Of a DNA stretch of 64,000 bases, positions 54,330-63,959 are shown in pieces. The stretch comes from Verrucomicrobiota bacterium (lineage in GTDB: Bacteria; Verrucomicrobiota; Verrucomicrobiia; Chthoniobacterales; UBA10450), in the NCBI GenBank assembly GCA_003219415.1, contig QHOS01000017.1, positions 42,006 to 106,005 on the forward strand, read 5' to 3'. The position numbers and the translations under genes were made by a program. Under the pieces are notes generated by a model. That model was not told where the DNA came from, searched no databases, and saw nothing but the letters and a program-made list of their open reading frames with translations. How positions within the stretch are numbered: position 1 is the first letter of the stretch; each line of letters starts with the position of its first letter.

Positions 54330-55637
54330 ATGCTACGTATCTTACTCCTAGCTCCTGGTAGTAACCCGGACGGAATTACCGGCCCCCTGATTGGGTATTC
54401 TCATGCCGAGGCCCTGGCAAGGCTGCATGGCGTGACACTGGTCATTCGTCGGGAAAACGAGGAGGCTGTGCGGCGCAGACAGGCGCCGTTTCGCGCCATC
54501 GAGGTCGTTAGTCTTCCGTGGCTCGATCGCATTTATGAATGGTTTTTTCGTCGGATTTTTAAGAATGACTATCGTAGCCAGGTTTTGACAGCCTTTAACT
54601 ATGTGTTTTGTCTGGCGTTTGAATGGTGCGCGTGGCGGCAGATGCGGACCCGAATCTCGGCTGGCGACTTCGATGTGGTCCTGCGCCTCCTGCCTATTTC
54701 GTCGGTTTTGCCGAGTCCCTTCGCTTTCTTCCTTCACCGGGGTTCCGTCCCGTTCGTGATCGGACCCATCAACGGTGGTTTGCCGTGGCCGGCGAGTTTC
54801 AGTCAGGCCGACAAACAGAAGGAGTGGATCTCTAACATAAGGAATTTTTACCGGTTCCTGCCTTTCGCCCGATCTACCTATCGTCATGCGACGGCCATCA
54901 TCGCGGGCTCTTCGCAAACCTATGCCGAGTTCGCAACTTATCGCGAGAAGCTCTTCTTTGTTCCAGGCGAGAACGGCATTAACCCTTCACTTCATGCAAG
55001 TGGTTCACGTAGCTCGCCACTTAGCGATAAGCTTGAATTGATCTTCGTCGGTGGCCTTGTCCCATACAAGGCCTGTGACCTCGCCTTGCGGGCAGCTGCT
55101 TCGCTCCTGCGAACGGGAAGGGCGTCCTTCACGATTGTCGGCGATGGGCCCGAGCGGGCCAGTCTTGACCAACTAGCAAAATCGCTCGGCATTGAGAAAG
55201 ATGTTGTGTTCTGTGGCATGCTGCCTCACGCTGAAGTCATGCGACGCTTGGGAGCAGCCGACGTGCTGGTCTTTCCATCGATTCACGAGTTTGGAGGCGC
55301 TGTGGTCTTCGAAGCTCTGGCAATGGGCGCCGTCCCCATAGTGGTCGACTACGGCGGACCCGGAGATATTATTGATTCCGAAGTGGGCTTTAAAGTACCT
55401 CTCACGAGTGAAGCTGACGTTGTGTTACAAATCGATGAGATCTTGGGGAAGCTCGCGCGCGATCCAGATATTCTCGAGCGGTTGCGGCAACAAGGTATGC
55501 GCTACGCTCGAAAACGATTAAGTTGGAACGCTAAGGCGCGGCTTATGAGTCAGATCTTGATGTGGACGGTAGGACAAGGCCCGAAGCCGGATCTTCGGCC
55601 GTCTTGCCCCAGAGTGCTGTGTTCGCAAAATAGTTAG
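54330..55637 (+). CDS. glycosyltransferase family 4 (GT-B)
   Basis: ...VLVFPSIHEFGGAVVFEALAMGAVPIVVDYGGPGDII... (E-x7-E region). 435 aa. Confidence 0.85.
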   Translation: MLRILLLAPGSNPDGITGPLIGYSHAEALARLHGVTLVIRRENEEAVRRRQAPFRAIEVVSLPWLDRIYEWFFRRIFKNDYRSQVLTAFNYVFCLAFEWCAWRQMRTRISAGDFDVVLRLLPISSVLPSPFAFFLHRGSVPFVIGPINGGLPWPASFSQADKQKEWISNIRNFYRFLPFARSTYRHATAIIAGSSQTYAEFATYREKLFFVPGENGINPSLHASGSRSSPLSDKLELIFVGGLVPYKACDLALRAAASLLRTGRASFTIVGDGPERASLDQLAKSLGIEKDVVFCGMLPHAEVMRRLGAADVLVFPSIHEFGGAVVFEALAMGAVPIVVDYGGPGDIIDSEVGFKVPLTSEADVVLQIDEILGKLARDPDILERLRQQGMRYARKRLSWNAKARLMSQILMWTVGQGPKPDLRPSCPRVLCSQNS

Positions 55638-55663
55638 CCGGTTTTAAAAAGGAAAGCTCGTTT

Positions 55664-56401
55664 ATGGCGCGTGCATGGGATCCTAAAAAATTCGACGCCG
55701 TGTATTCAGAGGTCGTTTGTAATCACTTCGGCCTTTCGGCGCCACCTGATTATTGTTCTCGCTACCGCTCCCGTTACAAAACACTAATGAAGCGGTTTTG
55801 TGATTTAGCATCCCCAAGCCCCATGGATGTACTGGACATCGGCGGAGGACAGCTGGCTCTGTTATGTAAGAAACTCTGGAATGATCGAGCCTGTGTAGCT
55901 GATCTTCTTCCGCCACTCTTTGCCTATTTGGAAACCCAGGGTGTCGAAACGGTTCAATGGAATCTATGTAAGCCTCTACAGCCACTTGTAGCGCGATTTG
56001 ACATTATCTTTTTCTCCGAAGTAATCGAGCATCTGCCCTTGCCTGGTCATATTGCCTTGGAAAAATTGAGGCGAGCACTTAAACCGAATGGTATAGTGAT
56101 TTGCTCGACTCCCAACTTCTATCGGTTACGCAACCTCGTCTACCTTGCTCTGGGCCTGCGCATTCACGATTATTTTCACATGCCGGAAGATAGAGATTTG
56201 GGGCACGTAATTGAATACAGCCGTGATCACCTCCAGTGGCAATTTAAGAAAGCTGGATTCAAGGATTGCCGTGTAGAGTATTGTCAAATGCACCACTGTC
56301 CAACGAATCCAGTCTTCCGACTTATATCCTGGATTGGATATCCGCTATTCTTGATCCCGCGTTTTCGCGATAACTTGTTAGCAATTGCCTATGCTGGGTG
56401 A
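55664..56401 (+). CDS. class I SAM-dependent methyltransferase
   Basis: VLDIGGGQLALL...IIFFSEVIEHLP...LKPNGIVICSTPN. Confidence 0.8.
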   Translation: MARAWDPKKFDAVYSEVVCNHFGLSAPPDYCSRYRSRYKTLMKRFCDLASPSPMDVLDIGGGQLALLCKKLWNDRACVADLLPPLFAYLETQGVETVQWNLCKPLQPLVARFDIIFFSEVIEHLPLPGHIALEKLRRALKPNGIVICSTPNFYRLRNLVYLALGLRIHDYFHMPEDRDLGHVIEYSRDHLQWQFKKAGFKDCRVEYCQMHHCPTNPVFRLISWIGYPLFLIPRFRDNLLAIAYAG

Positions 56402-56526
56402 AACGGGTATCGCTTCCGGTCACAGGAGCTGCTGAACCTGACTACCGACGAACCTGAAGACTGTGTCCTGTCCCAAGATCTTCTGCCGCTCGAATCGTTA
56501 AAGCGTGTTTTGATAGCTGAGGTAAC

Positions 56527-56538
56527 GTGATCAGTGAT
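56527..56538. repeat. GTGATCAGTGAT, reverse complement of the 46864-46875 spacer motif
   Basis: Exact 12-mer match in inverted orientation, located in the 235-bp spacer before the second AsnB paralogue. Confidence 0.5.
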
Positions 56539-56636
56539 CCGAGAATCATCGCCAAGGGTGACTTGGTGAAGCCAAATACGGTCCGAAAGTGGTGTGTCGA
56601 TTCCTCTCAACGGCAATTTTTTCCATTTAACTTCGT

Positions 56637-58457
56637 ATGCCTGGCATCGTTGGAATAATAAGTCAGAGGCCATCAGAGCAGTATGATGCTCTGGTGAAGT
56701 CCATGGCTAAATGCCTAATACATGAGCCGTTTTATACGGAGGGTACCTATACCAACGAGAAGCTCGGCCTCTGGGGCGGATGGGCTTGTCACAAGGGAGC
56801 ATTTGATGATTGCCTTCCTATCTGGAATGAAAAGAAAGATATCTGCCTTCTCTTTTCTGGCGAAGATTTTCCCGATCAGGCTGATGTCGACGCGCTAAGG
56901 TGTAGTCATGAATTTGGTTTAGACGACGCAAGTTATCTCGTTCGCCTGTACGAGACAAAGGGTTGCGAGTTTCTCGAAAAGCTCAACGGCTGGTTCAGCG
57001 GCGTGTTACTGGACTTTCGTGAGCAGAAACTCGTTCTGTTTAACGACCGATATGGCGTAAATCGAATTTATTATCACGAAGACGCGCGTGGATTTTATTT
57101 TGCTTCTGAAGCGAAGGCTCTTCTGAAAATCCTGCCCGGCACTCGGCAACTTGATCTGCGTAGTTTGGGCGAGGTTCTCTGTTGCGAGGCCGTTCTACAA
57201 AACAGGAGCCTTTTCTCCGGGATCTCGCTGCTTCCGCCAGGTTCAGCGTGGGTGTTTTCCCAGGGAGAACCAGTAAAGAAGAAGACTTACTTCAATCAGC
57301 AAGCCTGGGAAAATCAGCCGGAGCTAAGTGAATCTGATTTCTATGAGCGGTTGAAAGAAACCTGGGCACGGGTCCTTCCCAGGTATTTCTCTGGGAAACA
57401 GTCCACTGGCTTATCTTTAACCGGAGGTGTCGATAGCCGGATGATCCTGGCCTGGGCGTCTCGTCCTCCCGGCACACTCCCATGCTATACGTGGGGTGGC
57501 ACATACCGTGATTGCGCGGATGTCAAGATTGCGCGTCACACGGCGAAACTTTGCCAACAACCTCACAACACAATTCTGGTGGGCGGCGAGTTTCTGTCGC
57601 AGTTTCACGACCTGGCCGAAAGAGCAGTTTATATTAGCGACGGCACCATGGACGTAACTGGGTCGGTCGACCTTTACGTTCAAAGACTTGCACGACAGAT
57701 CGCCCCAGTCCGGGTAAGTGGTGTCTGTGGCGGCGAAATCTTGAGGCGGCTTGTAATGTTTAAACCCGATCCTCCTCAACAAGGCGTCTTCGATCCGCAG
57801 TTGAATTGCTCCTTTCAGGACGCTGCTGCGACCTACGCCGATGAGATCCAAGGCCACAGGCTTTCCTTCACTTCCTTCAAGCAAGCCCCATGGTACATGG
57901 CAAGTAAATTTACCGTGGAACGCTCGCAGATCACATATCGAACGCCTTACTTTGATAACGATCTGGTTGCTCTCGCCTATCAAACGCCGGCGAAGTTACT
58001 AAACAATGAGCCAGCACTTCGGCTCATTGCTGATGGCAATCCAGTATTAGGGAAGATTGGAACGGACCGTGCTCTCGCTTTTGGTTCAGGTTCCGCTGTT
58101 AACCGGATGCTACACTGGTACCAAGAGTTCACCTTTAAGGCAGAATATGCCTATGATTATCGCATGCCCCAATGGTTTGCCAGGCTTGACCATGCCTTTG
58201 CACCACTTCATCTCGAACGGTTGTTCATCGGCAGGCACAAATTCCATCACTTTCGCATCTGGTATCGAGATCAACTCTCGGAATGGCTGAAGGAAACGCT
58301 TCTCGATCCGGCCGCGCGCAGCAGGCCGTACCTTCGCCCGAACTGTTTGGAGGGCATGCTCAAAGCTCATATCAGGGGCGATCGAAACTACGCATTTGAG
58401 ATTCACAAGATTTTGACGCTCGAATTCATCCAGAAGAAACTGATCGACCTGAAGTAG
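56637..58457 (+). CDS. asparagine synthase-family protein lacking the N-terminal Cys nucleophile
   Basis: Starts MPGIVGIISQ (ATG CCT GGC) where AsnB has MCG. The GATase-like fold is retained (LFNDRYGVNRIYY...FASEAKAL) and the PP-loop is intact (SLTGGVDSRMIL). 606 aa. Confidence 0.85.
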   Translation: MPGIVGIISQRPSEQYDALVKSMAKCLIHEPFYTEGTYTNEKLGLWGGWACHKGAFDDCLPIWNEKKDICLLFSGEDFPDQADVDALRCSHEFGLDDASYLVRLYETKGCEFLEKLNGWFSGVLLDFREQKLVLFNDRYGVNRIYYHEDARGFYFASEAKALLKILPGTRQLDLRSLGEVLCCEAVLQNRSLFSGISLLPPGSAWVFSQGEPVKKKTYFNQQAWENQPELSESDFYERLKETWARVLPRYFSGKQSTGLSLTGGVDSRMILAWASRPPGTLPCYTWGGTYRDCADVKIARHTAKLCQQPHNTILVGGEFLSQFHDLAERAVYISDGTMDVTGSVDLYVQRLARQIAPVRVSGVCGGEILRRLVMFKPDPPQQGVFDPQLNCSFQDAAATYADEIQGHRLSFTSFKQAPWYMASKFTVERSQITYRTPYFDNDLVALAYQTPAKLLNNEPALRLIADGNPVLGKIGTDRALAFGSGSAVNRMLHWYQEFTFKAEYAYDYRMPQWFARLDHAFAPLHLERLFIGRHKFHHFRIWYRDQLSEWLKETLLDPAARSRPYLRPNCLEGMLKAHIRGDRNYAFEIHKILTLEFIQKKLIDLK

Positions 58458-58566
58458 CGTAGCTCGGTCCGGTTGTTGCCCAGAGCCTCCAGTCCGTGGC
58501 CGCTTTTGCAGGACTGCCGGTGGATCGATGTAAGCCAAGCCACGAACCGTCTCACCCCACACTCCA

Positions 58567-59562
58567 ATGCCAGCAACACTATTAGAATCGAAAAAAAGTA
58601 TGGCCAAACAGGACAGTTTTTTACGCAGGTGTGCGCCAACTTTTCTAGGGATCGGTTCCATGCGGTGCGGCTCGACCTGGCTCTACGAAGTATTGAAATG
58701 CCATCCAGACATACGCGTAAGCGATCGTAAGGAGATGCACTTCTTCTTTATGCGTGAGATGTTACAGCACGATTTGGACTGGTACAACGCACACTTTGAA
58801 CCGGAGAATGGAGGTGAGCCGAAGCCAGTCCGTGGCGAGATTTCACCTGTATATGCTCGCCTCAAAGCGTGGCAGGTTAATCGAATAGCGAAGTTGCTGC
58901 CGGATCTGCGAATTATTTTAACGTTACGACACCCTATTGAAAGGGCATGGTCCCAAGCGCTTTTGGACCTGGGGTACTTGAATGGGGGAGACGTGCGTAG
59001 AATTCGTTCAATTCAATTTGTGCGCCAAGTCGAGCGTGCTCGCACCAGACTATCGTCGGATTACTGCCGTGCGATCCAAATTTGGTCCAAGGCGTTTGGA
59101 CGAAATGCACTTCTCATCGAGCTATTCGATCAGCTTCAGAACAATCCTCAAGCATACGTCGACCGCATCCTCCAGCATGTTGGCGCCACAACGCCGTGGG
59201 TGCTTCCTGAGAAATTTATGAAAACAAAGGTGCACGCAACCAACAGCCTTGTTGGGTTCAAGCGTGAGATTCCCGAGGTAGTTGAATGGTACATTGCGGA
59301 TCGACTGTTGGAGCCAACCGAACGCTTGAATCAGCTCCTGGAGGGCCGGGTTTCGAACTGGGTCGACGAGATGCGTACAATCCGAGGTAAGGTACGCCTG
59401 AGCTGGCGTATTCTAAAGGCACTAAATCTTGCCCTGCTCTCGGTCCCGGAAAGATTGAGTTATGAGGTTTACCATGCGGCTCTTGATGCGAGACTTTGGC
59501 GACGTTGGCAGCACTTCCAACGATCGTACGTCTCCGATTATGACCATGCAGGGGCAAACTGA
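58567..59562 (+). CDS. sulfotransferase family protein
   Basis: FLGIGSMRCGSTWLYEVLKCHPDI (5'-PSB loop) and ILTLRHPIERAWSQ (3'-PB motif). The start is possibly at 58600 (MAKQD). Confidence 0.8.
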   Translation: MPATLLESKKSMAKQDSFLRRCAPTFLGIGSMRCGSTWLYEVLKCHPDIRVSDRKEMHFFFMREMLQHDLDWYNAHFEPENGGEPKPVRGEISPVYARLKAWQVNRIAKLLPDLRIILTLRHPIERAWSQALLDLGYLNGGDVRRIRSIQFVRQVERARTRLSSDYCRAIQIWSKAFGRNALLIELFDQLQNNPQAYVDRILQHVGATTPWVLPEKFMKTKVHATNSLVGFKREIPEVVEWYIADRLLEPTERLNQLLEGRVSNWVDEMRTIRGKVRLSWRILKALNLALLSVPERLSYEVYHAALDARLWRRWQHFQRSYVSDYDHAGAN

Positions 59563-59599
59563 GCGGCCCCGCGGTCAACTGAAATCGGGGCTTAGTCAT

Positions 59600-60499
59600 A
59601 TGAACACACTTATTGTCAAACTTGGCGCGACAGGGGATGTCGTTAGGACGACGTCTTTACTTAGCCAGTTAAACGGGCAGATCACATGGATCACGGCACC
59701 GCGAAACCTTGTGCTACTGGATGGTCTGAGAAGTAACCTGCGTTGTTTCTCGTGGGAAGAACGGACCATAGCGCTGGATCGCCGTTACGACCTTGCGATA
59801 AATTTGGAAGATACTATTGATGTTGCGCAGTTTCTCAGAGCAGTTGAGTACCGTGAAATTTTCGGCGCTTACCTCGGTTCCAATGACTCAGTGATGTACA
59901 CGCAGAGTTCGAAGCGATGGTTTGATTTAAGTCTGATTAGCTCCTATGGCCGGCAGAAGGCTGATGGACTCAAGCTGCTTAACCGGCAGACATATCAGGA
60001 GCTGATCTTCGGTGGCCTCGGGTGGCGTTTTACTGGTGAGCCGTACATGCTTCCGGGACCGATCGAGACTGGGTTATCCGGAGATGTTGCAATAGCAGCC
60101 GACGCTGGCCCGATCTGGCCGATGAAGAGATGGGCTTACTACAAGGAACTGAAGCAACAGCTCGAAGATAATGGCTTGATCGTTAATGTCCTACCCAAAA
60201 GGCCATCCCTGCTCGAGCACCTGTCCGATGTCCGCAACCATCAGTGCCTTGTTGGCGGCGATAGCCTGCCAATGCATTTCGCGCTTGGCTCGGGTACGCG
60301 ATGCGTGACTCTTTTTACGTGCACGAGTCCGTGGGAGATTCATGACTATGGTATTCAGAAGAAGGTCATTTCGCCACTTCTTGAGGAATTCTTTTATAAG
60401 CGCGGCTATGACGAGCGCGCGACAACGGCCATAACCGTCGATCAAGTGTTAGATGCGGTGATCGCCCAGTTAGAGGCGACAGAACCAGCCGCCAGCTGA
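59600..60499 (+). CDS. glycosyltransferase family 9 (heptosyltransferase-like)
   Basis: MNTLIVKLGATGDVVRTTSLL... and ...LVGGDSLPMHFALGSGTRCVTLFTCTSP are GT9 hallmark motifs. The ORF track start at 59462 overlaps the previous gene and is probably too early. Confidence 0.8.
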   Translation: MNTLIVKLGATGDVVRTTSLLSQLNGQITWITAPRNLVLLDGLRSNLRCFSWEERTIALDRRYDLAINLEDTIDVAQFLRAVEYREIFGAYLGSNDSVMYTQSSKRWFDLSLISSYGRQKADGLKLLNRQTYQELIFGGLGWRFTGEPYMLPGPIETGLSGDVAIAADAGPIWPMKRWAYYKELKQQLEDNGLIVNVLPKRPSLLEHLSDVRNHQCLVGGDSLPMHFALGSGTRCVTLFTCTSPWEIHDYGIQKKVISPLLEEFFYKRGYDERATTAITVDQVLDAVIAQLEATEPAAS

Positions 60500-60514
60500 T
60501 CGCATTACTGTCAA

Positions 60515-61843
60515 ATGACGCAGCTAGCGCAAGAGAAGACTGATGCCAGCCGCCCGATGTCACAGGGCAGTGGTCATAGATCAGAGGTCGAAAATCGGAA
60601 GACACTGGTCAGTGATCGCTCTTCCGTCATCGGACCTCCAACTCTCAGTGTCGCCTTACTCACCGGCGGCGGGGACAAGCCTTATGCTCTTGGCATGGCA
60701 GCCGCACTTACCTCAGAAGGAATATCGGTTGATTTTATCGGTAGTGATGACCTGAATGTGCCCGAGGTGGTCACTAATCCGCGCGTAAATTTTCTGAACT
60801 TGCGAGAGGACCAACGTTCAGAAGCAAGTGCGATGGCGAAGTTGCGCAGGGTATCAAAGTATTACCTCCGGCTTTTTGGTTATGCGGCGACGGCGCAACC
60901 AAAGCTGTTCCACCTGCTCTGGAACAATAAATTCGAGCTCTTCGACCGCACGCTATTGATGCTCTACTACAAATTGCTGGGCAAACGCGTCGTGTTCACA
61001 GCCCACAACGTGAATGCAGGTAAAAGGGATCAGAACGATTCGCGGCTGAATCGAATTTCACTAAAGATTCAATATGGCTTAACTGACCACATTTTTGTAC
61101 ACACCGCAAAAATGAAGAGAGAACTCGAATTCGACTTTGGTATTCAGAAAGAGAAAGTGAGTGTCATCCCATTCGGAATCAATAACACAGTTCCGAATAC
61201 CGGTCTCTCCTGTGCAGAAGCAAGGCGGCAACTCGGGCTGAACACGAACGACAAAACACTGCTCTTTTTCGGAAATATTGCCCCGTACAAAGGACTGGAA
61301 TACCTCATTGCTGCCTTTTCTGAACTCCTAAAGGAAGATCGAAGCTATCGCCTGATGATTGTGGGTAATCCAAAACAGTCTAGGCATTACTGGAGAGCGA
61401 TCCAGCAAACAATAGCGAGTGCTAGGTTGAGTGATCGAATCATTGAGAAGATTGAATATATTCCGGATGCGCAGACGGAGTTTTATTTCAAAGCGGCCGA
61501 CATTTTGATTTTGCCCTATGCACACGTATTTCAGAGTGGCGTGCTAATCCTGGGCTATAGCTTTGGATTACCGGCCATCGCAGCCGATGTGGGGACCTTG
61601 AAAGACGAAATCGTTGAAGGTCAAACCGGTTTTGTGTTCAAGCCGCAGGACTCGTCCGACCTGGCCAACAAGATCGACGAATACTTCAAGAGCGACTTAT
61701 TTCGTAACTTGGAAACCCGGCGGCTTGAGATTAAGAAGCACGCGAACGAGCGATACTCATGGGATAAAGTGGCCGCGACAATGACAAAGGTTTACTCAGA
61801 TCTGCTATACAGCACAAAGGTCCAGAGGCTAGGTGACGTTTAA
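60515..61843 (+). CDS. glycosyltransferase family 4 (GT-B)
   Basis: ...ILILPYAHVFQSGVLILGYSFGLPAIAADVGTLKDEIVEGQTGFVF... The start may be downstream. Confidence 0.85.
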   Translation: MTQLAQEKTDASRPMSQGSGHRSEVENRKTLVSDRSSVIGPPTLSVALLTGGGDKPYALGMAAALTSEGISVDFIGSDDLNVPEVVTNPRVNFLNLREDQRSEASAMAKLRRVSKYYLRLFGYAATAQPKLFHLLWNNKFELFDRTLLMLYYKLLGKRVVFTAHNVNAGKRDQNDSRLNRISLKIQYGLTDHIFVHTAKMKRELEFDFGIQKEKVSVIPFGINNTVPNTGLSCAEARRQLGLNTNDKTLLFFGNIAPYKGLEYLIAAFSELLKEDRSYRLMIVGNPKQSRHYWRAIQQTIASARLSDRIIEKIEYIPDAQTEFYFKAADILILPYAHVFQSGVLILGYSFGLPAIAADVGTLKDEIVEGQTGFVFKPQDSSDLANKIDEYFKSDLFRNLETRRLEIKKHANERYSWDKVAATMTKVYSDLLYSTKVQRLGDV

Positions 61844-62859
61844 TGAAACCTTTAGTTTCAATCTTGATCCCGGCATATAACGCTGGGCCGTGGATCGGTG
61901 ACACAATCAAGTCAGCGCTTAATCAGACATGGCCAAGGAAAGAGATCATCGTCGTTGATGATGGGTCTCGCGATGAGACGGTTGCAATCGCGCGACAATT
62001 CACCTCCAACGACGTCACTGTCATTTCGCAGGAAAATCAGGGTGCATCAGCGGCGAGAAACAAAGCGCTTCAGCTTTGCCAGGGAGATTATATCCAGTGG
62101 CTGGACGCCGATGACCTTCTCGCGCCAGACAAAATTCAAAGGCAGATGGCAGTTACGAAGGACTCTGAAAGTAAACTCAGGCTGATCTCTTGTGAATGGG
62201 GATACTTCATGTATCGGCCAAAAAAGGCAAAATTTGTTCCAAGTTCTCTGTGGTCCGATCTCTCACCATTGGAATGGTTGTTGAGAAAATGGGAGGAAAA
62301 TCTCCATATGCAGACAGCAACCTGGCTGGTCAGCCGGGAATTGACCAGCGCCGCCGGTCCCTGGGACACACGGCTACTAGTGGATAATGATGGGGAGTAC
62401 TTCTTTCGCATCGTCGGGTCGAGTGACGGTGTTCAGTTTGTACCAGGCGCCAGAGTGTTCTATCGCGCCTGCCCGAATTCCGTGAGCTATATCGGCCGAT
62501 CTGACAAGAAAATAGAAGCGAAGCTACTGGGGGCGAAACTACAGATTGGATATCTTCGTGCAATGGAAGACAGCGACCGCGTCCGTGCGGCCTGTGTGAA
62601 GTATTTGCAGACGTGGCTGCGCAATTTCTATCCTAATCGCCCCGACCTGATGCAGGAAGCGCAAGAACTTGCCAACAGCTTGGGAGGTCGGCTGTCTCCT
62701 CCCAAGGCGTCGTGGAAGTATGCCTGGATTGAAAGGCTTTTCGGATTTGCAGCTGCGAAACGTACACAGGTGTGCTACAATCAGTGTAAGTCTTCCGTGC
62801 TAAGAACCTGGGACAAGATGATGTACTCTTTCGAAGGCAACGGTAGCTTGCCCAGCTAA
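61843..62859 (+). CDS. glycosyltransferase family 2
   Basis: VSILIPAYNAGPWIGDTIKSALNQTWPRKEIIVVDDGSRDET...WLDADD. It overlaps the upstream stop by 1 nt (TAATG). Confidence 0.85.
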   Translation: MKPLVSILIPAYNAGPWIGDTIKSALNQTWPRKEIIVVDDGSRDETVAIARQFTSNDVTVISQENQGASAARNKALQLCQGDYIQWLDADDLLAPDKIQRQMAVTKDSESKLRLISCEWGYFMYRPKKAKFVPSSLWSDLSPLEWLLRKWEENLHMQTATWLVSRELTSAAGPWDTRLLVDNDGEYFFRIVGSSDGVQFVPGARVFYRACPNSVSYIGRSDKKIEAKLLGAKLQIGYLRAMEDSDRVRAACVKYLQTWLRNFYPNRPDLMQEAQELANSLGGRLSPPKASWKYAWIERLFGFAAAKRTQVCYNQCKSSVLRTWDKMMYSFEGNGSLPS

Positions 62860-62978
62860 GGAAACGAGCCTGCGTCTCTGTGACTCATATAGCCCGAAAA
62901 CCAGGGCAGTGCAGCGGCCAAGATCACAAATAAGATTGAGCAACGCTCCTAATTTCTAGCGAGCATCCGTTTATAATC

Positions 62979-63959
62979 ATGGCAGACGACTCAGGCATAA
63001 CCGTTCTGATTGCTACCTACAACAGGGCTGCAGTGTTGAGTGAAACATTGGAAGCGCTCACACACGTTGATCGGACTGGAGTTGATTGTAATATTATAAT
63101 CATTGATAACAATTCAACTGACGCCACTGCCGAAGTAGTGAAAGAATATGGGACGAAATTGCCGGTTTCCTACTTGAGGGAGACGCGTCCAGGAAAGAAC
63201 TGTGCGCTTAACAAGGCGTTACGAGAATGTGAGCTGAAAGACATCGTGGTCTTTACAGACGATGATGTGACGCCAACTCAAAATTGGCTGCAAGAGATCG
63301 CCTCCTCTGCAAAGAAAAGGCCCGAAATCGCGGTCTTCGGTGGCAAGGTAGAAGTAGTATGGCCGGATAACAAGCAGCCTGAATGGGCGAAGCCAGAATG
63401 GATCATGGCTTTCGGCTTCCCGCGTCATCATTATGCTGAAGGAGAGGCTTTCTACAAAACGCCGGATTGCCCGTTCGGGCCGAACTACTGGGTCCGGAAA
63501 ACTGTCTTTGGGAAAGTGCCGTTTTTCGACGAAACACTTGGTCCAAGGCCTAAAAATCGCATCCAAGGAGACGAAACGTCGTTTGTAATGAATCTGCGAG
63601 AGCATGGTTTCGAGATACTTTATTATCCCGGCGCAGAGGTTTACCACAGGATTCTCCACGAAGGATGCACCATACCATGGCTAAGACGTCGCGCTTACAC
63701 ACATGGCCGGGGACAGGTGAGATTACATGGATTGCATCGGCGCAATATTTATCGTAAGAATAAGATTGCGTGGGGCATGGTTCTGGTATTGGACGAGCTC
63801 TATACGACGCTGCGTTTCTTGGCTGGTTTTGCCATTACAGACTCAAATAGCAATTGCGAAGCTACGGTTGACGCCATGATGAGATTTGGCCAGATCCACG
63901 AGACCGTAAACCAGGTTTTCAAACGCTTTGTGGCTAGGAACGGTTCGACTGAGCATTGA
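62979..63959 (+). CDS. glycosyltransferase family 2
   Basis: ITVLIATYNRAAVLSETLEAL...IIIIDNNSTDAT...VVFTDDDV. Confidence 0.85.
   Translation: MADDSGITVLIATYNRAAVLSETLEALTHVDRTGVDCNIIIIDNNSTDATAEVVKEYGTKLPVSYLRETRPGKNCALNKALRECELKDIVVFTDDDVTPTQNWLQEIASSAKKRPEIAVFGGKVEVVWPDNKQPEWAKPEWIMAFGFPRHHYAEGEAFYKTPDCPFGPNYWVRKTVFGKVPFFDETLGPRPKNRIQGDETSFVMNLREHGFEILYYPGAEVYHRILHEGCTIPWLRRRAYTHGRGQVRLHGLHRRNIYRKNKIAWGMVLVLDELYTTLRFLAGFAITDSNSNCEATVDAMMRFGQIHETVNQVFKRFVARNGSTEH

Noticed and set aside
59462-59599. Upstream extension of the GT9 ORF overlapping the sulfotransferase 3' end by about 100 nt
   Set aside because: The GT9 family N-terminus (MNTLIVKLGATGDVV) starts at 59600. The extension has no homology-like features, so the long overlap is probably an ORF-calling artefact.
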